Below are positions 7,726-17,833 of a stretch of 64,000 nucleotides of DNA, piece after piece. The notes beneath the pieces are model-generated. The model was not told where the DNA came from and did not search any database. It was given only the letters and a program-made list of their open reading frames with translations. The translations under genes were made by a program, and so were the position numbers. Origin of the DNA: Bacteroidales bacterium UBA5429 (GTDB taxonomy: Bacteria; Bacteroidota; Bacteroidia; Bacteroidales; WCHB1-69); contig DIRT01000037.1 of the NCBI GenBank assembly GCA_002427605.1, forward strand, positions 20,073-84,072, in the 5' to 3' direction. Position 1 is the first letter of the stretch. Each line of letters starts with the position of its first letter.

Positions 7726-8034
7726 ATGGGCTCTTTTACGGCGTTATATAATGAAGTTGAATATAAATTGAAAGTGGCTGTTGCTGCATTGGATAGATTA
7801 AAAAAAGAAAATGTTGAACTAAAAAATAAATTAAGTGAATTTCAACTGGCTGTGGAAGAATTGAGTGTTGAAGTTGAGGATTTACGGGAAAAGAATAAAA
7901 TATTAACAATAACAAAAACAGTTTTACACAGAGAGGATAAGAAGGGAACGGAAGAAAAGATAGACAATTTAGTGCGGGAGATTGACAGATCTATCAAGCT
8001 TTTAAGTAGAGTTGAATGGAAGACACAAGAATAA
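7726..8034 (+). CDS. coiled-coil protein upstream of zapA (ZapB-like role possible)
   Basis: ATG 7726; heptad-rich sequence LKKENVELKNKLSEFQLAVEELSVEVEDLREKNK; overlaps the next gene by 19 nt. Confidence 0.6.
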   Translation: MGSFTALYNEVEYKLKVAVAALDRLKKENVELKNKLSEFQLAVEELSVEVEDLREKNKILTITKTVLHREDKKGTEEKIDNLVREIDRSIKLLSRVEWKTQE

Positions 8035-8312
8035 AGATAAAATTAACTATAGCTCAGAGAGTTGTAGAATTGACGATTGAGAAGGAGTGGGAAGTGTACT
8101 ACAGAAAAGCTGAAAAAATAATTAACGATAGTTTTTTTGATTTTGCAAAAAAATGGAGTTTTACGGATCATCAAGATATATTAACAAAAATATTAATAAA
8201 TTTTGTGGTAGAGGGAGTAGAAACAGAAGAAAGATTAAATGCTTATGAAGAGAATTTGATTCCCAAAATGAGAGATTTAAAACAACTTGCAGATCAAATA
8301 ATAATCGATTAG
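8016..8312 (+). CDS. zapA: cell division protein ZapA-like
   Basis: 98 aa, IKIKLTIAQRVVELTIEKEWEVYYRKAEKIIN pattern, positioned before an RNA gene and rny. Confidence 0.6.
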   Translation: MEDTRIKIKLTIAQRVVELTIEKEWEVYYRKAEKIINDSFFDFAKKWSFTDHQDILTKILINFVVEGVETEERLNAYEENLIPKMRDLKQLADQIIID

Positions 8313-8330
8313 GTTCTTTGAAAGAGAAAT

Positions 8331-8524
8331 ACCCCGCATTTGCTCGGATACGTTTGTTAAACTCAACAGTAACAAATTAAGAAGGTAAGCTTGCTTATAT
8401 CAAAAACAGGCCCAATTATTGAAAAATAAGGTGTTATACCCGGGGACGTTTGCGATATAGGGGCCCCTTTATCTTGAATTTTAGGAGTTTTTCGAAACCC
8501 TATGGAGCGATGCGGGTTTTTTTT
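8331..8524 (+). ncRNA. ssrS: candidate 6S RNA (ssrS, flavobacterial type)
   Basis: About 190-nt ORF-free block directly after zapA (zapA-ssrS synteny as in E. coli). 5' ccccgcatttgctc pairs with 3' gagcgatgcggg (8505-8516), followed by T8. Fold not verified. Confidence 0.45.
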
Positions 8525-8564
8525 ATATTTTTTTATTTACAAATTAGATAATATTATAACATTT

Positions 8565-10136
8565 ATGACTACTCAAATTATTATTGGACTGCTGGTAGGT
8601 GTACTCGTTGGGACGGGAGTTGGAATTGCCCTGTCATATACATTTCTGAAAAAAGCGATTACCAAAAATAGTCTAAACATTCAAAAAGAAGCGGAAGCTT
8701 TGATGAAAAAATCGGTGGAAGATGCCGAATTAGTGAAAAAAGAACGTATTTTACAAGCCAAAGAGAAGTTTTTGCAATTGAAAAGTGAGCATGAAGCATT
8801 GGTAAATGAGAAAAATCAACAGATTGCTTCGGCCGAAAATAGAATCAAACAAAAAGAGAATACTCTGAATCAAAAAATGGAGGATCTCAATCGTAAGAAT
8901 AACGAAAACAATCAGTTAAGAGATAACTTAAATAAGCAGTTGGCGAGTGCAGAAGCGAAAAATGCTGAGTTGGATAAACAAACTGCAATTCAAAAAGAAA
9001 AGCTGGAATCGATTGCAGGATTAACATCACAACAAGCAAAAGAGCAGCTGATGAATTTAATGGAGGATGAAGCACGCTCACAAGCGATGGTTCTAACCAA
9101 TGATATCATTGAAGAAGCGAAGGCATCGGCCATGATGGAAGCTAAAAAGGTGGTGATTAAAACAATTCAACGTACCGGTGTAGAAGTTGCCCTCGAAAAT
9201 TCAGTTTCTGTCTTTAATATTGACAATGAAGAGATTAAAGGAAGAATTATCGGTCGGGAAGGAAGAAATATCCGTACATTGGAGAACCTGACCGGAGTGG
9301 ATGTAATCATTGACGATACTCCTGATGCGATCCTGCTTTCAAGTTTTGACCCTGTGCGTCGTGAAATTGCACGTTTATCACTGGAAAAACTGGTAACTGA
9401 CGGTAGAATTCACCCGGCACGTATCGAAGAAGTGGTGGCAAAAACCAAAAAGCAGATTGAACAAGAGATTTTAGAGATTGGTAAGAGAACTTGTATCGAC
9501 TTGGGTATCTTTAACATGTCTAACGAGTTGATGCGTTTGGTTGGGAAGATGAGATATCGTTCTTCTTATGGGCAAAATCTGTTGCAACACTCTAAGGAGG
9601 TGGCTAATTTGGCTGCAACTATGGCGGCTGAGTTGGGATTGAATCCTAAAATTGCAAAAAGAGCCGGATTATTGCACGATATTGGTAAAGTGCCGGATAC
9701 AGAACCGGATCTGCCACACGCCGTGTTTGGAGCGCAGCTGGCAGAGCAATATAAAGAGAGAGCAGAAATCGTGAATGCGATCGGTTCTCACCACGATGAG
9801 CAAAAGATGAATAGCTTGTATGCTCCTATCGTTCAGGTTTGTGACGCTATTTCCGGTGCCAGACCCGGTGCCAGAAGGGAAGTGGTAGAAGCTTATATCA
9901 AGAGATTGAATGATCTTGAAAATATCGCACTAACTTATCAGGGAGTGAATAAAACCTATGCAATTCAAGCAGGTAGAGAACTTCGTGTGATTGTGGGTGC
10001 TGATAAAATATCTGATGAACAAGCTAGCGAAATATCATTTGAACTTTCTAAAAAGATTCAAAATGAAATGACTTATCCGGGACAGATTAAAATTACAGTG
10101 ATTAGAGAAACCAGATCGGTTAATTACGCAAGATAA
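8565..10136 (+). CDS. rny: ribonuclease Y
   Basis: N-terminal TM, long coiled coil, KH motif [14 protein letters not shown] motif LLHDIGK. True start ATG 8565, not 8502. Confidence 0.95.
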   Translation: MTTQIIIGLLVGVLVGTGVGIALSYTFLKKAITKNSLNIQKEAEALMKKSVEDAELVKKERILQAKEKFLQLKSEHEALVNEKNQQIASAENRIKQKENTLNQKMEDLNRKNNENNQLRDNLNKQLASAEAKNAELDKQTAIQKEKLESIAGLTSQQAKEQLMNLMEDEARSQAMVLTNDIIEEAKASAMMEAKKVVIKTIQRTGVEVALENSVSVFNIDNEEIKGRIIGREGRNIRTLENLTGVDVIIDDTPDAILLSSFDPVRREIARLSLEKLVTDGRIHPARIEEVVAKTKKQIEQEILEIGKRTCIDLGIFNMSNELMRLVGKMRYRSSYGQNLLQHSKEVANLAATMAAELGLNPKIAKRAGLLHDIGKVPDTEPDLPHAVFGAQLAEQYKERAEIVNAIGSHHDEQKMNSLYAPIVQVCDAISGARPGARREVVEAYIKRLNDLENIALTYQGVNKTYAIQAGRELRVIVGADKISDEQASEISFELSKKIQNEMTYPGQIKITVIRETRSVNYAR

Positions 10137-10150
10137 TAATTTGTAAAGCG

Positions 10151-10435
10151 GTGAGATTGAAGAGAAAATGGAATATTTTGGGTGCAATTTTAGTCCTAAT
10201 TATAGGACTGCTCCTTATTTTTGTTGTTTCAAATAACAACTATAAGGTACACGCAGAACTGAACAAAAAGACTAAGTATCTTCAAAACAATATTACCAAA
10301 GCAAAAAATCAGGTCAATAATTCTTATACTTTTCAAGAACTGAGAACAGATAGCTTTTTGTTGGAAAAATATACCCGCGAACAGTTGAATTGGCAGAAGG
10401 AGGATGAGGATGTTTTTATTTTTGTGTACGAGTAA
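10151..10435 (+). CDS. septum formation initiator (FtsB/DivIC-like) small membrane protein
   Basis: GTG start, one TM, coiled segment, C-terminal EKYTREQLNWQKEDEDVFIF motif. Confidence 0.5.
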   Translation: MRLKRKWNILGAILVLIIGLLLIFVVSNNNYKVHAELNKKTKYLQNNITKAKNQVNNSYTFQELRTDSFLLEKYTREQLNWQKEDEDVFIFVYE

Positions 10436-10441
10436 TTGAGC

Positions 10442-10861
10442 ATGAAAAAGATCATTATCATTAACGGCGTTAATCTTGGTGAATTGGGGAATAGAGAGCC
10501 TGAATGGTACGGATTTAGTTCGCTTGAAGAGTATTTGGAGAAATTGAGAACCGATTTTCCTCAATTGGAGATTGATTACTTTCAGTCGGATAGTTTGGAT
10601 CAATTGGTGGATCGGATTTTATCTTCCAGGCACTATGATGGAATAATCCTTAATCCGGGAGCCTTTACACATACTTCTATCGTATTGGCAGATGCGATTA
10701 AAGCGATTTCCGTTCCGGTGGTGGAGGTGCATATCTCCAATGTGGCAAAACGGGAAAAATTGCGTCGAGAATCTTTTATCTCTGCTGCAGTGATAGGAAC
10801 AATTACCGGGTTTGGATTGAAAAGTTATCGATTGGCACTTGATTTTTTTTGTATTCATTAA
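10442..10861 (+). CDS. aroQ: type II 3-dehydroquinate dehydratase
   Basis: INGVNLGELGNREPEWYG and EVHISNV signatures; ATG 10442. Confidence 0.9.
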   Translation: MKKIIIINGVNLGELGNREPEWYGFSSLEEYLEKLRTDFPQLEIDYFQSDSLDQLVDRILSSRHYDGIILNPGAFTHTSIVLADAIKAISVPVVEVHISNVAKREKLRRESFISAAVIGTITGFGLKSYRLALDFFCIH

Positions 10862-10948
10862 ACTTAACCCATTTTCTGTAGTCAAATAGATGAAAAATAA
10901 TAAATAAATTAATCAATCAACAAGTTTGCTGATATAAAATCAAAAATT

Positions 10949-11425
10949 ATGAAAAAGGTACTATTAATCAGTCTGTTACTTCTTGGCGTAATCACTTTGA
11001 ATGCTCAGGCAACAAAAAAGAAAGCGGATAGAAATACCGTAACAACAGAGGAATCTGTAGAGAAAAAACCGGAAATAACTTTTGAGAAAAAGGTTTATGA
11101 TTATGGTCAGATCTATGTTGGCGATAATGGAGAGTCTTATTTTAAATTTAAAAATACTGGTAATGCAGATCTGATTTTGACTAATTGTAGTTCATCTTGT
11201 GGGTGTACAGTACCTGAATGGCCTAAAGAACCAATTCCTCCCGGTGGAACTGCTGAGATTAAGGTGAAATATAATACCAACAGACAAGGAGCGATTAACA
11301 AACAAGTGTATGTGGACTCTAATACTGGTCAAAGAGTAATATTGACCATTACCGGTAATGTTAGTAAAAAGCCTACTGAAGCAGTACCTGAAAATTCAAA
11401 TAATAACATGATACAAACAAGATAA
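10949..11425 (+). CDS. DUF1573 domain protein, secreted
   Basis: Signal peptide; FKFKNTGNADLILTNCSSSCGCTVPEWPKEPIPPG. Confidence 0.8.
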   Translation: MKKVLLISLLLLGVITLNAQATKKKADRNTVTTEESVEKKPEITFEKKVYDYGQIYVGDNGESYFKFKNTGNADLILTNCSSSCGCTVPEWPKEPIPPGGTAEIKVKYNTNRQGAINKQVYVDSNTGQRVILTITGNVSKKPTEAVPENSNNNMIQTR

Positions 11426-11458
11426 GATATTTAATTCACTAAATAAGCTTAAATTTTT

Positions 11459-11848
11459 ATGAAAAGAATAGTTTTGATATTGATTGCAGTTTTAACTACA
11501 TCCTTTGCGATTGGGCAAACGGCTACTAAAGTCAATGGTGCGGAGATTAAATTTGAATCTATGACCTGTGATTTTGGAACGTTAAAGGTGGGTGAAGTAA
11601 AGGTGGGTTATTATACATTTACGAATATTGGTAATAAACCCTTAATTTTGGATGATGTGAAAACATCTTGCGATTGTACAACTATCGAATATCCCAAAGC
11701 TCCTGTCATGCCCGGTAAAACCGGAAAAATAAAGGTAACTTACACTGCGGAGGATCCGGGACAGATCAACAAATGGATTACCGTTTTCTCCAATGCAGAG
11801 TCTTATAGGGTGGTATTAAAAACAAAAGGAAAGGTTCTTTCGAATTAA
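11459..11848 (+). CDS. DUF1573 domain protein, secreted (tandem paralog)
   Basis: Signal peptide; YTFTNIGNKPLILDDVKTSCDCTTIEYPKAPVMPG. Confidence 0.8.
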   Translation: MKRIVLILIAVLTTSFAIGQTATKVNGAEIKFESMTCDFGTLKVGEVKVGYYTFTNIGNKPLILDDVKTSCDCTTIEYPKAPVMPGKTGKIKVTYTAEDPGQINKWITVFSNAESYRVVLKTKGKVLSN

Positions 11849-11869
11849 TAAGCGAACACTATATAACTA

Positions 11870-12255
11870 GGGGTCGTTTGGTTTTGACAGCTAGTTTGTA
11901 GATTTGTAAGCACGTCGGAGGTTGTGAGACGGTTCCGTTAAAAACTAACTCTCGTAGCCAATAAATGGCAACTCTTATGCAATCGCTGCTTAATTGTGGC
12001 GGTTCCGAAGCCTAAACCAGGTTTAGAGCATCGGATGTTTCCCCGGAAGCATTGCCAATCTGCGTCCGGATCGAAGCATCGTAAAAGATTGGATAGCAAG
12101 TACCGGCTTCGCGGTATGCGCGAAATAACAGAAGATAAGTGCAGCATAGTGTGCCTAAGCATGGTGTTGTGCCGACAAGTTTCTCTTAGGATAAACGTGT
12201 AGAAAGCATCTTTGCAGCAAGTTTGGACGCGGGTTCGACTCCCGCCGACTCCACA
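11870..12255 (+). ncRNA. ssrA: tmRNA
   Basis: 5' ggggtcg pairs with 3' cgactcc. T-arm gggttcgactcccgcc. Tag ORF ggc aac tct tat gca atc gct gct taa (11967-11993) gives GNSYAIAA*. Confidence 0.93.
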
Positions 12256-12256
12256 C

Positions 12257-12290
12257 TAAAAGTGAGGGCAATGTACCCTCACTTTTTTTA
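12257..12290. terminator. bidirectional intrinsic terminator (agtgaggg-caatgta-ccctcact flanked by an A-run and a T-run)
   Basis: 8-bp stem at 12261-12283, T-run at 12284-12289. Sits between the convergent ssrA and the thioredoxin-fold gene. Confidence 0.8.
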
Positions 12291-13805
12291 TTCCTGAACC
12301 ACTACCATAGCAGCTTGTATCTGTTTTTTAAACTCTTCCCAATCGGTTGGAGTGGCTAGGTCTGCAACAACAACTTCACCCAAAGGATTGATCAAAAAGT
12401 AGCGGGGAATCCATAGGGAACTACTCCCTAATAGGGTGTACAAATCTTGTTTGAGTGTCTTGTCGGCTAAAACATGATATCCTTTCAATCCGTAGTGTGA
12501 AATATACTTTTTCCAACGCTCCCGGTCGGGAGAACGCTCTAATGCGATATACAAAGAACTAATCTGTTGTGAACTTAACCAGGCATCAACCTTCTCTTTA
12601 TGCTCAAATTCTGCAATGCAATCGGGACACCAGGAAGCCCAAACATCCACTAACAGATACTTACCCCAAAAGAGATTTCTGATCTGCTGAAACTGTGTAA
12701 TAGGAGACTCATCATCTAAGATAACTGCTTGATTGGAAGCTAAATCTGCTTTTTTGCTGTTGAATTTCTCAATTTGTGGTATTTTTTCATTAACTAACAG
12801 TTGATAAGAGAGATAACCCTCCAATTTTGGATAGTTTTTTTCAAGTTCTTTGAAAAGTGTAATCGTCTCTGTATCAAGTCGTACTGACTTGTCAGAAAGA
12901 TATTGCAAAGCATAGATAGGGTAGAGGTCGGGATTAATCAACGGTTTGATGTGAGTCAACACCCAGGTTTGTCCTGCCGATTGGCGTAGCGCTTCATCAT
13001 ATTCAGCCCGATTTTGATCGATCAGTTGATAAAGTGCCTCATTGATGTAATCTTCAAAATGGTTACTCCATTGCAATTCTGCTGATGTGGTTGAAAATGA
13101 ATTAGTTAACTCCTCTTTATGTCGCAACCATAATTCCCTTTCCTCAGCCAACTCCTCCTTTTGCGTCACCTTCAAATTCTGATTAATCAACTCCAATCCC
13201 TGATAGGCGTACCAATAAGAGATATATTGCGTTGCAAAATTCAAAAAAGAAGCATCAATCTCTACATTTTCATAAAAATTCACAAATGGCTCCAGTTCCC
13301 GGGTTATCTCATCACCTAAATGCTCCATAAAAGAATCTGCAGGACCTTGATAATTTAATTTAGTTTCGGTAGAATTAGTACGTGTAAACTGCACGAAATC
13401 AAGAAATTGCATTATTCCTTTCCAGTTTTTACCTTTAAAATTTGTGACGCTCAATTCTTTTTGTTCGGGGTTGTTTTTTAATTCTATTTTATATTTTTCT
13501 GGAGAAGAAATAAAAAGGGGGGAGGACACGTATCGGGACTCGCCACTGCCCAGCTCAAATTGAAATACCTGTCCTCTCGGATGGGGCGTGGTGTAGATAT
13601 AACGCCCTTTGCTATCAGGGTACAAGGTGTCGCCCGGCACATCAGAAATGGAAGCGATATTAGGAGCACGGTAAACAATCAGCGGCTGTTCTGACTCAAC
13701 TTCCGGGATTAAAATAGAGATGGTAACCTTTTTTTTGTTGGAACAGCTCATCATCAATACTCCTAAAATGAGCAGACTCCAAATCATAATTCCTCTTTTA
13801 TTCAT
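12288..13805 (-). CDS. TlpA/thioredoxin-fold lipoprotein with a large N-terminal domain
   Basis: Lipobox LMMSCS after ATG 13805; C-terminal VDVWASWCPDCIAEF (WCxxC) thioredoxin motif. Confidence 0.7.
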   Translation of the reverse strand: MNKRGIMIWSLLILGVLMMSCSNKKKVTISILIPEVESEQPLIVYRAPNIASISDVPGDTLYPDSKGRYIYTTPHPRGQVFQFELGSGESRYVSSPLFISSPEKYKIELKNNPEQKELSVTNFKGKNWKGIMQFLDFVQFTRTNSTETKLNYQGPADSFMEHLGDEITRELEPFVNFYENVEIDASFLNFATQYISYWYAYQGLELINQNLKVTQKEELAEERELWLRHKEELTNSFSTTSAELQWSNHFEDYINEALYQLIDQNRAEYDEALRQSAGQTWVLTHIKPLINPDLYPIYALQYLSDKSVRLDTETITLFKELEKNYPKLEGYLSYQLLVNEKIPQIEKFNSKKADLASNQAVILDDESPITQFQQIRNLFWGKYLLVDVWASWCPDCIAEFEHKEKVDAWLSSQQISSLYIALERSPDRERWKKYISHYGLKGYHVLADKTLKQDLYTLLGSSSLWIPRYFLINPLGEVVVADLATPTDWEEFKKQIQAAMVVVQE

Positions 13806-13851
13806 AAATGATACAGTTAAGCAGGTAATTGAAAATAGAAAGTACAACCTA

Positions 13852-13859
13852 CAAAATTA
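13852..13859 (-). promoter_or_regulatory. -7 box taattttg (minus strand) for the TlpA-like gene
   Basis: 47 nt upstream of ATG 13805. Confidence 0.45.
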
Positions 13860-13915
13860 TATATTTTTTTGATATGAAGTGCTGTTTGATTTTGGAGTTT
13901 TTTCTTCTTCCTTTA

Positions 13916-13976
13916 TGAAATAAAAAAAAAGGGGGGCAGGAAATTCATCGTACAAATAAAAAGTTTACCCCCACTC
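13916..13976 (-). repeat. two-box intergenic element, copy A
   Basis: Minus-strand reading gagtggggg...ctgcccccc tttttttttatttca; boxes at 13969-13976 and 13931-13939, offset 37 nt. Confidence 0.8.
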
Positions 13977-13995
13977 GCATATTAAAAACTTTATT

Positions 13996-14003
13996 TATCT
14001 TTG
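13996..14003 (+). promoter_or_regulatory. -7 box tatctttg for the restriction-modification gene
   Basis: 84 nt upstream of ATG 14087. Confidence 0.45.
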
Positions 14004-14086
14004 TCGTGCCTTTTTGTTTCATAAAACCCCAAAAGCTCAAAATGACTCAATTTAACTTATAACTAACTTCATAAAAATAACTGACA

Positions 14087-17000
14087 ATGACCTTAAAAGA
14101 ACTCAAACCGCGAAAAGCACTTAATAAAGCTTTCTTAAAAGTAAAACCGAATAGGAGTGAAATTGAGCTTTTTAAGACCCATCTCATCACATTGCTCGAT
14201 AGAATTAACGATTCAGAAAGCGAGGAGTTTCATAAGAACCTGATTTCAGACTTTCTTAAAGATACATACTACAAACAAAATCATTTCATCAATACCAAAG
14301 GTCGCAATGACCTGGTGATTCATAATGGACCCAATGCAAATTCAACAGTAGGAGTAATCATTGAAGCAAAGAAACCAACCAATAAAACTGAAATGGTTAC
14401 TACTCAAAATCTGAATGTTAAAGCTTTTCAGGAATTGGTATTGTACTACTTACGTGAAAGAATTACAGATAAAAACTTGGAAGTCAAGCATTTGATAGTT
14501 ACTAATGTCAACGAATGGTTCATTTTTGACGCTACAACCTTTGATAGGCTTTTTGCTCAAAATAAGAAGTTTGTTCAGCAATTCACTGATTTTGAAGCCG
14601 GACGATTAGCGGATACAACTACCGATTTTTTCTATAAGCAAATTGCAGAACCCTTTATTGAGAGTATCACTTCTGAAATTGAATTTGCATACTTTAATTT
14701 TCAGGATTATCAAAAAGTTATACGTAATCCTGAAAAAACTGACGACAATTCACTGATAGCTCTATTTAAACTGCTTTCACCCGAACATCTTTTAAAACTT
14801 CCTTTTGCCAACGACAGTAATACTCTCGACAAAAAATTTTACGGCGAATTGCTACATATTATTGGACTGACTGAAACTAAAAAGGGAGGTAAAAAACTGA
14901 TTGAACGGAATAAAGTAGGTGAGAGACACACAGGAACCATTCTTGAAGATACGATTATTCAATTGGATAGCTTAGACAAACTGAGCAGACTTGAAAAGCC
15001 AAGTCTATTCGGAAAAACAGAGGAGGAACGACTTTTCAATGTTGCATTGGAGCTTTCTATCACCTGGATGAACCGTATTTTGTTCCTAAAATTACTAGAA
15101 GCTCAGCTGATTACCTACAATAAAGGCGACCAATCTCACTCCTTTATCAATTTCGATAAAATCAAAAGTTTTGATGATCTCAATACGCTCTTTTTTCAAG
15201 TTTTAGCTCGAAAACATGAAAGTCGAAACCAAGATGTCCAAAAAGCTTTTGAGAAAGTTCCCTATCTCAACTCCTCACTCTTTGAGCCAACAGATTTGGA
15301 ACATTCAATGTTCTTGATCAGCAATTTAAGTGATGATAAATCGATACCTATTTTTTCGCAAACTGTTCTGAAAGATGAACATGGAAAGAAAATAACAGGG
15401 AATTTAAATACACTCGAATATCTATTTTCATTTTTGGATGCTTATGATTTTGGTGCAGAAGGTGGGGAGGAAATTCAAGAAGAGAACAAAACATTGATTA
15501 ATGCCTCAGTTCTCGGTTTAATTTTTGAGAAAATAAATGGCTATAAAGATGGCTCCTTTTTTACTCCGGGTTTCATTACAATGTATATGTGTCGTGAAAC
15601 AATTCGTAAAGCAGTTGTACAGAAGTTTAGCCAGGAGTTTCCTGATTATAAGATTAATAGGATTGAGGATATCTACGATTTGATACCACAAAAAATATCC
15701 AGAAAAAAAGCCAATAAGGTTATTAATTCCTTAAAAATATGCGATCCTGCGGTAGGTTCAGGACATTTTTTAGTGAGTGCACTGAATGAACTCATTGCAA
15801 TAAAAAATGATTTAAAAATTTTGGAAGATCGCGAAGGAAAATCGCTACATCGTTATGAAGTAGAAGTGGTTAATGATGAGTTGATTGTAACCGATGAAGA
15901 GGGGGAACTCTTTGAATATAATCCCAATAATAAAGAGAGTCAACGCGTACAGGAAACGCTGTTCCACGTAAAACAAACCATCATTGAAAATTGTCTTTTT
16001 GGGGTAGATATTAATCCCAATTCAGTCAAAATTTGCCGGTTACGCCTTTGGATAGAGTTATTAAAAAACGCGTACTACAAAAACAAGATTGAGCTGGAAA
16101 CTCTGCCCAATATTGACATTAATATCAAATGTGGAAACTCCTTAGTAAGTCGATTTGGCATAGATGCTGATTTAAAACAAGCTTTAAAGAGAAGCAAATG
16201 GACAATAAATAGTTATCGTTTAGCCGTATCTACTTACCGAAATGCTGAAAATAAGGAGCAGAAAAGGGAGATGGAACGACTGATTGATGAGATTAAGAAT
16301 AATTTTAGGGTAGAGATCACTAACAATGATCCTAAAAAAACACGATTATCAAAATTAGCTTATGAACTGTATAACCGTTTTACGGGGAGTATGCTTTTTG
16401 AACCCGAAATACCTTACGGGAGTAATGTGGAAAAAAGACGAAAGGATGAACAGTGTAAAATAGAGGATGAAATAACTAAGCTACAGAAGGAGATTGATGA
16501 AATTGAAAGTAATAAGATTTATGAAAATGCTTTTGAGTGGCGTTTCGAATTTCCTGAAGTATTGAATAATGATGGCGATTTTGAAGGTTTTGATGTAGTG
16601 ATTGGTAATCCGCCGTATGTTGATTTAAAGGAATTAGATAATGATCTGGTTAAGTTTATTTTTACTCATTATAATACATCTTCGAATCGTGTAAACTTAT
16701 ACTCCACTTTTGTAGAAAAAGCTTATTCGCTCCTAAAACCGGAAGGTTATTTCTCTTTTATTATTCCGAATTCTATTTTAATGGGTTCGTCATATCAAAA
16801 TCTAAGAAACCTTATAAAGAAAGAGATTTATGGTATAGTAAAGCTTCCGGAGAAAGTTTTTGAGGATGCAATAGTGGAAACGGTAATTATTGAGTTTAAG
16901 AAAAATAGCAAATTTGAAACTTGTCAAACATTGATTTATAAAAAAGATGAGAAAGTAATTCAACTTGACCCAACCCTAAAACAGATGGTTTCTAAGAAAT

Positions 17001-17749
17001 CTTGGGAAATTTATAATGAACCAAAATTCAATATTTACATTTCTGATAAAATAATAAAACCTCTGATGAAAATTCACGGTAAGGGGAAGAAATTAGGAGA
17101 AATAGCTGATTTTACTCTTGGTATTACACCATATGACAAGTACAAAGGACATTCAAAAGAACTTATTGAAAACAAAGAGTTCCATTCAGATGTAAAATTA
17201 TCAGATGAATATAAGCCACTGATCAAGGGTGAAAATATAGTTCATTATTACGTTGATGAAACAGTAAATAGCTACATCAAATATGGGTCTTGGTTGGGTG
17301 CACCAAGAGAGGAAAGGTTTTTTACCGAACCAAGAGTGATTGTCCGACAAATAGTTTCAGGTAAACCCCCGAAGATTTATGCGGGTTACACGGATAAGCC
17401 ACTATATTTTACTCAAATTGGTTTTTCTATAATTCCCAAATCATATATTACTGTTTTTGAATTAACAGCTTTACTTAATAGTAAGTTGATGAATTTTTAT
17501 CATAAGTATTTGTTTTTGGATATTGAAAAAGAACTGTTTCAAAAAATTTTGATTGAAAATTGTAAGCTTTTTCCCTGCAAATCTTTTAAAAATAGTGATT
17601 TAGTAAAGAAAATAGTTGAACAAATTATAGAAATAAAGTCAACTAATGCTGAAGCTGATACAACAGATCTTGAAAACCAAATAGATCAATTGGTTTATGA
17701 ATTGTATGGTTTGACAGAGGAAGAAATAAAAATTATAGAGAATAGCTAA
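14087..17749 (+). CDS. type IIG (MmeI/Eco57I-like) single-chain restriction endonuclease / N6-adenine methyltransferase
   Basis: N-terminal PD-ExK (D at 14309, E-A-K at 14363-14371), SAM motif DPAVGSGHFL (15743-15772), catalytic NPPY (16607-16618), TaqI-like C-terminal specificity region, 1220 aa. Confidence 0.85.
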   Translation: MTLKELKPRKALNKAFLKVKPNRSEIELFKTHLITLLDRINDSESEEFHKNLISDFLKDTYYKQNHFINTKGRNDLVIHNGPNANSTVGVIIEAKKPTNKTEMVTTQNLNVKAFQELVLYYLRERITDKNLEVKHLIVTNVNEWFIFDATTFDRLFAQNKKFVQQFTDFEAGRLADTTTDFFYKQIAEPFIESITSEIEFAYFNFQDYQKVIRNPEKTDDNSLIALFKLLSPEHLLKLPFANDSNTLDKKFYGELLHIIGLTETKKGGKKLIERNKVGERHTGTILEDTIIQLDSLDKLSRLEKPSLFGKTEEERLFNVALELSITWMNRILFLKLLEAQLITYNKGDQSHSFINFDKIKSFDDLNTLFFQVLARKHESRNQDVQKAFEKVPYLNSSLFEPTDLEHSMFLISNLSDDKSIPIFSQTVLKDEHGKKITGNLNTLEYLFSFLDAYDFGAEGGEEIQEENKTLINASVLGLIFEKINGYKDGSFFTPGFITMYMCRETIRKAVVQKFSQEFPDYKINRIEDIYDLIPQKISRKKANKVINSLKICDPAVGSGHFLVSALNELIAIKNDLKILEDREGKSLHRYEVEVVNDELIVTDEEGELFEYNPNNKESQRVQETLFHVKQTIIENCLFGVDINPNSVKICRLRLWIELLKNAYYKNKIELETLPNIDINIKCGNSLVSRFGIDADLKQALKRSKWTINSYRLAVSTYRNAENKEQKREMERLIDEIKNNFRVEITNNDPKKTRLSKLAYELYNRFTGSMLFEPEIPYGSNVEKRRKDEQCKIEDEITKLQKEIDEIESNKIYENAFEWRFEFPEVLNNDGDFEGFDVVIGNPPYVDLKELDNDLVKFIFTHYNTSSNRVNLYSTFVEKAYSLLKPEGYFSFIIPNSILMGSSYQNLRNLIKKEIYGIVKLPEKVFEDAIVETVIIEFKKNSKFETCQTLIYKKDEKVIQLDPTLKQMVSKKSWEIYNEPKFNIYISDKIIKPLMKIHGKGKKLGEIADFTLGITPYDKYKGHSKELIENKEFHSDVKLSDEYKPLIKGENIVHYYVDETVNSYIKYGSWLGAPREERFFTEPRVIVRQIVSGKPPKIYAGYTDKPLYFTQIGFSIIPKSYITVFELTALLNSKLMNFYHKYLFLDIEKELFQKILIENCKLFPCKSFKNSDLVKKIVEQIIEIKSTNAEADTTDLENQIDQLVYELYGLTEEEIKIIENS

Positions 17750-17791
17750 ATTAGTGTAATTTTTACAAGTTGTTAATCCGGATTTTATCTG

Positions 17792-17799
17792 TACCTTTG
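17792..17799 (+). promoter_or_regulatory. -7 box tacctttg for rmuC
   Basis: 35 nt upstream of ATG 17834. Confidence 0.55.
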
Positions 17800-17833
17800 C
17801 AAGTTGTACTTTCCATTAAATTTTTGAACCATT

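Noticed and set aside
8502-8564. N-terminal extension of rny ([21 protein letters not shown]), and similar track extensions for miaA (4409), the thioesterase (39300), rubredoxin (54596), transketolase (56448) and the TlpA-like gene (13847)
   Set aside because: The extensions read through T-runs, neighbouring genes or RNA candidates. Internal ATGs give family-typical N-termini or signal peptides.
11967-11993. tmRNA tag ending YAIAA rather than the usual Bacteroidota YALAA as something functional
   Set aside because: This is a conservative Leu-to-Ile change at a tolerated position, and the resume codon assignment is uncertain without a structural alignment.
11938-12202. ORFs 11938-12162 (-) and 11996-12202 (+)
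   Set aside because: They lie inside the tmRNA gene.
14087-17749. BREX PglX methyltransferase instead of a type IIG RM enzyme
   Set aside because: An N-terminal PD-ExK nuclease motif is present, and no brxA/B/C, pglZ or brxL-like genes are adjacent.
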